IMG/VR virus record: IMGVR_UViG_3300047321_000299
DNA length: 36,507 bases
Strand: one strand, 5' to 3'
Source of the DNA: a virus
This document shows, in pieces, positions 30,858 through 36,507 of this stretch. Both the position numbers and the translations under genes were made by a program. Under the pieces are notes generated by a model, which did not search any database, was not told where the DNA came from, and was given only the letters and a program-made list of their open reading frames with translations. Numbering within the stretch: the first letter of the stretch is position 1; the number at the start of each line of letters is the position of its first letter.

Positions 30858-31019
30858 TCAGCTACGCCACGTGGTCCCGGGGTGGTCCCACGATGGCCGA
30901 GTGTGCGGGTCGTAGTGCTCGTCCCCCTTGTGGTGGGGGTCCTTTCGGCAGCGCGCCCCGGTCTTCGGGTCCAGGTCCCAGCAGACGTGCGTGATGACGT
31001 CGGTTGACTCGGTCTTCAT
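30858..31019 (-). CDS. Small His/Asp-rich protein (53 aa)
   Basis: ATG 31019 forms an ATGA overlap with the upstream stop. The translation is MKTESTDVITHVCWDLDPKTGARCRKDPHHKGDEHYDPHTRPSWDHPGTTWRS. GC3 is high. It is below the track cutoff. Confidence 0.5.
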   Translation of the reverse strand: MKTESTDVITHVCWDLDPKTGARCRKDPHHKGDEHYDPHTRPSWDHPGTTWRS

Positions 31020-31162
31020 CCCCGCGCCGCCCGCCATGCGCGATTGAGCCGGGCAGCCGTGGGGCAGGCGGCGCGAGCGCGGCAGGTGGCACAGGTGACC
31101 GTGTGCCCGATGAGCGTTCGGTACGCGGTGTCCGTCGGTTGGGTCGGTTGCGTCGTGGTCAC
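31016..31162 (-). CDS. Small Cys3 protein (48 aa)
   Basis: GTG 31162 forms a GTGA overlap. The translation is VTTTQPTQPTDTAYRTLIGHTVTCATCRARAACPTAARLNRAWRAARG. It is below the track cutoff. Confidence 0.5.
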   Translation of the reverse strand: MTTTQPTQPTDTAYRTLIGHTVTCATCRARAACPTAARLNRAWRAARG

Positions 31163-31404
31163 TGCGCTGCCTCTCTGTCGAGCTCGGCCCATACGGTGTC
31201 GCTGGCCTCGGTGCGGTCGTGCCCGTACCGGTCCGCAGCCGCGAGGGCGGTGAGGATGGTGGTGCGCCTGGTTGCTGTCAGCTCGTCGGGGAGGTCGGCC
31301 TCTACGCGAACGCTGGTGGCCGTCGCGGTGGTTCTTGGCTCGTTGCCGGTCGCGGCGGCGAGCATGCCCGCGAGGGCAACGGCACGCGGAGGCACGACTG
31401 ACAT
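31159..31404 (-). CDS. Hypothetical protein (81 aa), first gene of the operon divergent from the GntR regulator
   Basis: Track ORF. A GGGGAG SD lies 6 nt upstream of ATG 31404. Confidence 0.6.
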   Translation of the reverse strand: MSVVPPRAVALAGMLAAATGNEPRTTATATSVRVEADLPDELTATRRTTILTALAAADRYGHDRTEASDTVWAELDREAAQ

Positions 31405-31513
31405 AGCACTCCCCTGGTGATCAGCCTGTCACTTTTCGTGATGCTGAGTATTCAGCTTCGACCTGATGGGTTAGCTTTGTCAACGTCGACGGACAATGCT
31501 CGGAGCTGCGCAT

Positions 31514-32278
31514 ATGCCACGGGAAACGCCCTACTTGCAGGTGGCCGACGCTCTGCGCGCCCGCATCAAAGGCGGCGAGTGGGCGGTAGGCGACAAGCTG
31601 CCCAGCCGCGCACGGTTCGCCGAGGAGTACAACGTCGGCCAGTCCGTTGCCCAGCGCGCGATGGAGCGCCTGATCATCGAGGGCATCCTCGAAGGCCGCG
31701 CCGGATCCGGCACGTACGTCCGCCGGCCACGCGAACGCCTGCGCATGGTCCGTTCCCGTCACCGCGAACGCCGCGGCGGGTCCCCGTTCCGTGCCGACAT
31801 GAAAGAGCAGGGCCGCGCTGGCACATGGGAGTCGCGCAGCGCAGCCCGCACCCCAGCACCGGCACACATCGCGGAACGGTTGGCCATCGAACCGGGCGAC
31901 CTCTGCGTCGTGACGAATTACGAGTTCCTTGCCGACGGCCTCCCTGTCCAACTCTCCGAGAGCTGGGAGCCGATGGCCATCACGGACGGCACCCCGGTCG
32001 TGCTGCCCGAGATGGGCCCGCACGCGGGTGCTGGCGTGGTGGAACGCATGCGGTCAATCGGCGTCATCATCGAGACCGCCGTCGAAGTGCCGCGCCCGGC
32101 CCGCGCGTCGCAGGAACAGGCCAACCTCCTCGGCATCTCGGTCGGCGACCTGATCACTGAAGTCGAGCGAACCTACTACGCCACCGACGGGCGACCGGTC
32201 GAGACCGCAGACATCGTCGTACCCGATATCCGGTGGGAGATCGCTTACGAGATCGGCATCGACCAGCCCGACGCCTGA
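31514..32278 (+). CDS. GntR-family transcriptional regulator, HutC/UTRA subfamily (254 aa)
   Basis: The wHTH is YLQVADALRARIKGGEWAVGDKLPSRARFAEEYNVGQSVAQRAMERLIIEGILEGRAGSGTYV. The C-terminal 170 aa fit a UTRA-type effector domain. ATG 31514 has a GGAG 9 nt upstream and is preferred over ATG 31496. Confidence 0.8.
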   Translation: MPRETPYLQVADALRARIKGGEWAVGDKLPSRARFAEEYNVGQSVAQRAMERLIIEGILEGRAGSGTYVRRPRERLRMVRSRHRERRGGSPFRADMKEQGRAGTWESRSAARTPAPAHIAERLAIEPGDLCVVTNYEFLADGLPVQLSESWEPMAITDGTPVVLPEMGPHAGAGVVERMRSIGVIIETAVEVPRPARASQEQANLLGISVGDLITEVERTYYATDGRPVETADIVVPDIRWEIAYEIGIDQPDA

Positions 32279-32296
32279 CCCCGGATACGCGAAAGG

Positions 32297-32334
32297 CGCC
32301 CCCCGTACGGCCGCGCATGGCCGTACGGGGGGCG
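32297..32334. terminator. Bidirectional stem-loop between convergent genes
   Basis: CGCCCCCCGTACGGCC-gcgcat-GGCCGTACGGGGGGCG forms a 16-bp perfect stem between the GntR stop (32278) and the lysis-cassette end (32355). Confidence 0.75.
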
Positions 32335-32354
32335 TTGTGCTGCTGCTCGGCGGG

Positions 32355-32660
32355 CTACCGCCACAGGGATACGACAAGGCCGGACACGCCGACCAGTGCG
32401 GCCACGGACGGGATCGGCCACCGGGCCCGCTCCAACGCGTCGAGGCGTGCCGTGTCCCGCTTCTGTCGCTCCGTCTCGCCCCGCTCGCTGGCGTCGAGGC
32501 GCCGCTCGTGGTCTTCGAGGCGTCGGTCGGTCTGGTCGCCGCGCTGGGCGAGTAGTGCCAGCGATCCGTTGACGGTGGCGAATCCTTCGGCCATGGTCCC
32601 GCGCAGCTCGGCGAGGGCGACCGCGACGGCGGCCGCGGTCGAGTCGTTCGGCTCGGTCAC
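32355..32660 (-). CDS. C-terminally anchored membrane protein, last gene of the lysis cassette (101 aa)
   Basis: GTG 32660 forms a GTGA overlap with the holin stop. It has a coiled-coil body and a C-terminal TM helix (WPIPSVAALVGVSGLVVSLW). Confidence 0.65.
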   Translation of the reverse strand: MTEPNDSTAAAVAVALAELRGTMAEGFATVNGSLALLAQRGDQTDRRLEDHERRLDASERGETERQKRDTARLDALERARWPIPSVAALVGVSGLVVSLWR

Positions 32661-32893
32661 TCGCTGCCGTCCTCGACGTCGTCGACCAGGCCGAGGCCGA
32701 GGCGGTCGAGCAGCTGCTCGACGGCGGGCAGGGCCATGATGCGGGCGAGGCCGGCGGATACGGCGACGGCACCCGCGACCCATGGCAGGGACTCGGGTAT
32801 GCCGGACGCGGCAACGATCGCGGGCAGGGCGAGCGCGAAACCGACGACGCCCTGAATGGCGGTGCGGATGGTGCGCTTGTTGGCGGGGGTCAT
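32657..32893 (-). CDS. Holin, putative (78 aa, two TM helices, acidic C-terminus)
   Basis: The internal ATG at 32893 has a GAGG about 9 nt upstream. The TM helices are AIQGVVGFALALPAIVAASGI and LPWVAGAVAVSAGLARIMAL. It lies downstream of the endolysin. Confidence 0.65.
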   Translation of the reverse strand: MTPANKRTIRTAIQGVVGFALALPAIVAASGIPESLPWVAGAVAVSAGLARIMALPAVEQLLDRLGLGLVDDVEDGSE

Positions 32894-33027
32894 GGGGGGA
32901 CCTCGGTTCGGGGTGCGGATGGGCGGGGTGCGCCCCGGCGGCGCGGTGTCGAATGCTCGAGCATTGTCGTCAGGCTGACGAGAAAACTCGAGGTTTTTGG
33001 CGGCGCGGTGCCGGGGCGGTGGGGCGG

Positions 33028-33957
33028 CTACTTGCCGTAGGCGAGGCGGAACAGGGCGGCCCAACCCTTGGGGCCGATCGCCGGATCGTGCTGCTTTCCG
33101 GCGGCGCGGTACTGCGTGTGCGCGTTGTGGAAGCGGGCGACGGCGGCCTGAGTCTGCGGGCCGTAGTTGTCGGCCTCGGGCACGCTCTTGGCGAGGTATC
33201 CGGCGGCCTTCAGCGCGCGCTGCAAGCTCCGCGCCGACGGCTTCGTACGGCCCGGGGCGAGGCCGGCCGGGAACTTCGGCGGGGTGTACGGCGTGGGCTT
33301 CGGCGGCTTGCTCGGGGTCGACGGCTTGCTCGGTGCCTTCGCGTCAAGCAGCTCGGCGACGCGGGCCCGGATCTTCCCCATGGTGAGTGCGGGCCCGCCG
33401 GTCTTGCCGATCGGGCCGCGCGGGTCGATCTTGCCGGGCTGCCACTCGCTGTGGCCGATGACGGACTCGGCGCCCCATCCATGCGCGCGGCAGATAGCCG
33501 CGGCGGTGCGGGCTATGGCCTCGACCTGTGCCTCGGGCCACGGGTCCTTGTTGTCGCCGAGGTTGATGCACTCGAAGCCGTAGAACCGTGCGTTGCCGTC
33601 GGTGTTGGCTTCGTTGTCGGCCGGTAGGGCGCGCTCGGCGATGACGGCGGCGAGTACGTCATCGTCGCCGAGTCCGGCGTGATTCGCGCGCCCGTAGCCG
33701 ACCAGGTGCACGGTCCCGGCCTTGTCGATTACGCCGTGACAGAGCGGGCCGGGAAGGTCGCTGTGGCCGTCGCGGCAGATGGCTACCGAGCTTGCGACGC
33801 CCGACGTCACGGTGTGGTGAATCATGATGCCGTGCATGGGGCCCCACGCCCCGTGTCCGGCCCTGTTGTGGGTGCGCCAGGATCCGACCTCGACGACGTC
33901 GACGTCCGCGCCGCGCAGGGCGGACAGGAACCGAGCCGCGGTGAGCGGTGTTGCCAT
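33028..33957 (-). CDS. Endolysin: N-acetylmuramoyl-L-alanine amidase (Amidase_2/PGRP) plus C-terminal peptidoglycan-binding domain (309 aa)
   Basis: Amidase motifs are GIMIHHTV, FYGFECIN and VIGHSEWQPGKIDP. A Pro/Lys linker follows. The PG_binding_1 pattern is SLQRALKAAGYLAK...DNYGPQTQAAVARFH. ATG 33957 has a GGAGA 8 nt upstream and is preferred over 33975 and 34056. Confidence 0.85.
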   Translation of the reverse strand: MATPLTAARFLSALRGADVDVVEVGSWRTHNRAGHGAWGPMHGIMIHHTVTSGVASSVAICRDGHSDLPGPLCHGVIDKAGTVHLVGYGRANHAGLGDDDVLAAVIAERALPADNEANTDGNARFYGFECINLGDNKDPWPEAQVEAIARTAAAICRAHGWGAESVIGHSEWQPGKIDPRGPIGKTGGPALTMGKIRARVAELLDAKAPSKPSTPSKPPKPTPYTPPKFPAGLAPGRTKPSARSLQRALKAAGYLAKSVPEADNYGPQTQAAVARFHNAHTQYRAAGKQHDPAIGPKGWAALFRLAYGK

Positions 33958-33976
33958 GGTGGTGTCTCCAGACATG

Positions 33977-34005
33977 CAAAAAGCCCCGGCCATAGGGCGC
34001 GGGGC
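33977..34005 (-). terminator. Weak terminator between tail genes and lysis cassette
   Basis: The minus strand reads GCCCCG-11 nt-CGGGGC followed by TTTTT. The stem is only 6 bp. Confidence 0.4.
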
Positions 34006-34022
34006 GGGCGGGGTGTGGGCTC

Positions 34023-34415
34023 TTACGGGGTGTACGTGATGTGGATGGAGAGCCACGTAATGCTGGCCAGGTTCGCCGTGAGGGCGAACAGGGTTACGTC
34101 ACCGGTCGTGGACAGGTCCACGTGCGCGTTCAACGTGGCGTTGGCCGAGTTCGTCGCTGGTGCGCTTCGGCGCAGTCCCGTGCTCGGCCGCGCCCATGTC
34201 GGTAGCGTCGCGATAGCCGCACTCGTGGTGGTGTTGATGGCGACGTCCAGTTGCAGTTCAACCTGTCCGTCGGGGTGTCTGCGGATCCGGTGCAGAGACT
34301 GCCCGGGTGCGCCGTCGGAGGCGGCGCCCTTGATCGGCAGGTCTTGCCACTCGATCAGGTCCCCCAGGAGTCGGTCCCCGGTGATGATCATTCCTGGCAG
34401 CCAGGCAGTTGGCAT
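34023..34415 (-). CDS. Small tail / tail-tip protein, hypothetical (130 aa)
   Basis: Track ORF. An AGGAGGAG SD overlaps the upstream TAG. The sequence looks beta-rich. GC3 is noticeably lower, with about 25 of 131 codons ending in A/T. Confidence 0.7.
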   Translation of the reverse strand: MPTAWLPGMIITGDRLLGDLIEWQDLPIKGAASDGAPGQSLHRIRRHPDGQVELQLDVAINTTTSAAIATLPTWARPSTGLRRSAPATNSANATLNAHVDLSTTGDVTLFALTANLASITWLSIHITYTP

Positions 34416-34424
34416 GGGCTCCTC

Positions 34425-36507
34425 CTAAAGGGCGACGATGGTGGGGTGGGCAAGGCTCACGGGCGTGCCCTTGGTCTGCGGCTTGGTGATGCCGTTGACG
34501 GAACGGACCACGGTCATCGTCTGCGGGCTGGACGTGGACACCGAGGCGTCCGGGCGGAGTTGGAGATTCCACCAGTACGAGACATCGGTCAGTGCCGGGG
34601 ACGCCCCGATGCGGGCACGGATCCGGGCCCGTGATGTCAGAGCTGGGGCGGTGGCAGTCACCGTGATGAACGTCCACTGACCGGCGGGTACGGCTATCGG
34701 AACCGACGGGGAGGTTGAGAGAGCCACATTCGCGGCGTCGAACCAGTCGGTGACGATCCTCATGTCGGACCACGCGACGGGTGAGTACACCCACCCGGAC
34801 ATCGTGTACGAGGCGCCGGGGGTGATGCTGCCGACAGCCGTGTTGACGGCCTGCGGGGCGGACGCGGATGTTGCGCCCGTACCCGTCACCCGCATTGAGG
34901 CGGTCGCCCCTGCGGCGCGGTGCACGACGGTGGTGTCGTAGGCGATCGTCGCCGAGAGTCCCGACCAGCCGGTGAGGTCGGACAGCAACAAGGGGTTGTC
35001 GCCGAGAACGGGGCCGGCCGCCACGGCGGTGACAACCTCGCCGCCCACCCTGAGATCAAACGGGTAGTCGCGGGGGTCAGTTACCCACGGCCGTCCGACC
35101 GTGGTTGCCACCGACAATGTCGTCGCCGACGGGGTTGCATCGGCGGCGAGCTGTGATCCGTCCGTGTCCACCCGGCTCACCGGGCTGCCGACCACGCCCA
35201 CCGACCACGGCCCGGCGGGCGTGCAGTTCTGCGTAATGGTCCACGTGAACGGGGCGAGGGTCTCGGTGTATCCGCGCATGTGCTGATCGATCGCACCGGG
35301 TGCCAGCCACGGCGGGGGGTTGGCGATGGTGAGACGGTCGCCAATGTCCATGGCAAGGACGTCGGGAATCAGATGCGGCGCGGTGTGCAGCCACACCGTG
35401 ACCGTCGGATACCGGGCTTCGTCCCACGTGCCCAAGTGCATGCGCCATGCGGCGAGCCGCTCGGGCTGCGTGTCGTCGCCGAGGGACAGGGTCACCGCCT
35501 CGTCGTAGATGCCGACACCGGCCGGCGGTGGCAGTACGGACAGGGGCCCGTCCTCGCGGACGGCCCGGCCGGATGATCCGCCGTCCCGCGTGACCGTGAC
35601 GTCGTTGCGTAGGTGCTGGTCGTCCTCGGTCGGTTCCAGCGGCGGCGGTACCTCCCCCGCGGCTGTGTAGTCCAGGGTCAGGGCGGGGCGCTGGTTGTAG
35701 AGCGATGTGCGGTCGCGGTAGATCAGTCCGAGGCGGTCGCGGTTCTCGTACAGGATCCCGCCGTCTGTCCCTGCTGCTTCTTCGAGCAGGGACAGGAGAG
35801 GGGCCGGGCGCTGCGGGCCCATGCGCTCGGTGGCCGCGGTCGTGTCGCCGTCGACGGTGGACAGGTGGACCTGTGTGGCCTCCTCGATGGCGAGGCGTCG
35901 CATTCGGTCGAGGGCCGTCTCGCCCGTGAATCCGTTGTCCGCCCCCTCGAAAATGGTGCTGGTGGGGGGCGAGCCTGCGACCCCGGTGCCCGGGGTGGCG
36001 AACACGGCGAGGTGCCCGATACCCATCCCCTCGGTACCGGCTCCCCAGGTGGCGGAGACTCCGGCGACACGGCCCTGTGCGGTGATGGGGTTCGTCGATA
36101 CGTACCAGCGGATGTTGGTCACGACGTCGCGCCACGTGGCTTGGAGCATGGTGCGGCCGCCACCCGCGTTACCGGTGTAGAACGCAAGGCGGTTCCAGAC
36201 TCCGACGAACGCGCTGAGCGCGCCCGGGTCGTTGTACGTGACGCCCCCGATCAGGGCGTCGTCCTGGTCGCGGGCCTCGATCCGGATTCCGGCCGTGGAC
36301 GCGTAGAGGACGGCCGTTTGCATCGCGGCGCCGCCCACCTGCACGCGCAGGATCTCCGTCTGTGTGGTGGGCAGGGTGCGCAGGTTGTAGACCATTTCGA
36401 CCTGCCAACCGGTCGTGGTTGTGGTCGGCACCCGGGCGCTGAGGGTGGCGGGGTTCTTGATGGTGGGTAGCGCCGAGGATCCGCCGAGGGTGTCGACGGC
36501 GGCCCAA
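34425..36507 (-). CDS. Tail-tip protein, 3' part (about aa 386-1079) of the ORF that starts at 1284
   Basis: The frame of track ORF 34425..36431 stays open to the window end. It is in phase with the open frame at 1-1284 through the 127-bp overlap. It contains the conserved actinophage minor-tail block (GGILYENRDRLGLIYRDRTSLYNQRPALTLDY...DDQHLRNDVTVTRDGGSS) and a C-terminal CBM-like beta module. Confidence 0.85.
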   Translation of the reverse strand, partial: WAAVDTLGGSSALPTIKNPATLSARVPTTTTTGWQVEMVYNLRTLPTTQTEILRVQVGGAAMQTAVLYASTAGIRIEARDQDDALIGGVTYNDPGALSAFVGVWNRLAFYTGNAGGGRTMLQATWRDVVTNIRWYVSTNPITAQGRVAGVSATWGAGTEGMGIGHLAVFATPGTGVAGSPPTSTIFEGADNGFTGETALDRMRRLAIEEATQVHLSTVDGDTTAATERMGPQRPAPLLSLLEEAAGTDGGILYENRDRLGLIYRDRTSLYNQRPALTLDYTAAGEVPPPLEPTEDDQHLRNDVTVTRDGGSSGRAVREDGPLSVLPPPAGVGIYDEAVTLSLGDDTQPERLAAWRMHLGTWDEARYPTVTVWLHTAPHLIPDVLAMDIGDRLTIANPPPWLAPGAIDQHMRGYTETLAPFTWTITQNCTPAGPWSVGVVGSPVSRVDTDGSQLAADATPSATTLSVATTVGRPWVTDPRDYPFDLRVGGEVVTAVAAGPVLGDNPLLLSDLTGWSGLSATIAYDTTVVHRAAGATASMRVTGTGATSASAPQAVNTAVGSITPGASYTMSGWVYSPVAWSDMRIVTDWFDAANVALSTSPSVPIAVPAGQWTFITVTATAPALTSRARIRARIGASPALTDVSYWWNLQLRPDASVSTSSPQTMTVVRSVNGITKPQTKGTPVSLAHPTIVAL
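36381..36507. repeat. Terminal overlap, copy 2 (identical to 1-127)
   Basis: Same 127-nt string as the window start. The offset of 36,380 is consistent with ORF-track anchors on both sides. Confidence 0.95.

Larger units (their letters stand above)
1..36507. mobile_element. Complete temperate siphovirus-type actinophage / excised prophage genome, circularly closed (36,380 bp unique)
   Basis: All canonical phage modules are present in standard order: packaging, head, connectors, tail, lysis, integrase plus cI/Cro switch, and recombination/replication. The window ends overlap exactly by 127 bp. Confidence 0.9.

Noticed and set aside
30862-31092. Track ORF 30862..31092 (-), 76 aa
   Set aside because: It is Pro/Gly/Arg-rich and off-frame. 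The same DNA is better explained by two coupled small ORFs (31016..31162 and 30858..31019) with high GC3.
31405-31513. DasR-responsive element (dre, TGGTCTAGACCA-like) in the GntR control region
   Set aside because: The best candidate, TGGTGATCAGCC, matches only about 6 of 12 core positions. Only generic palindromes are reported.
1-36507. tRNA, tmRNA, rRNA genes, transposase/IS elements, reverse transcriptase (DGR or retron), toxin-antitoxin pairs
   Set aside because: No cloverleaf-compatible segment was noticed in the few non-coding gaps, and no matching protein motifs were recognised. A formal tRNAscan or HMM search was not possible.

Overview
High-G+C (about 70% by eye) temperate siphovirus-type actinophage or excised prophage, essentially complete. 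Bases 1-127 recur exactly at 36381-36507, so the molecule is a closed circle with 36,380 bp of unique sequence, and the linearisation point falls inside a tail gene. About 50 genes form one long minus-strand transcription direction from about 27990 down to 1, wrapping to 36507 and ending at 32355. The order is: Cro-like HTH; early and recombination genes (ERF annealase, two HNH endonucleases, wHTH initiator carrying internal iterons, SSB); a block of unknowns; terS; terL; portal; MuF-like protein with a long repeat-bearing C-terminal extension; a small Rmf/CrpP-like ORF; scaffold; major capsid; four connector genes; major tail; G/GT chaperones with a -1 frameshift; tape measure; a 1,079-aa tail-tip protein that spans the junction; a 130-aa tail gene; amidase endolysin; holin; and a tail-anchored membrane protein. 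The plus strand carries the lysogeny module (leaderless cI-like repressor, membrane protein, large serine integrase with a candidate attP just downstream) and a GntR/HutC-type regulator. That regulator is divergent from a three-gene minus-strand operon of small proteins, and the whole unit is a terminator-bounded accessory island. No tRNA, rRNA or CRISPR was seen, and there is no phage polymerase, helicase or primase, so replication is probably host-dependent. No LysB-like gene is present, which argues for a non-mycolate host (Streptomyces-like; inference). Nearly all long plus-strand ORFs in the track that lie opposite these genes are high-GC antisense or off-frame artefacts. All functions are assigned from motifs I recognise, synteny, start-site context and codon third-position bias. 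No database search was possible.
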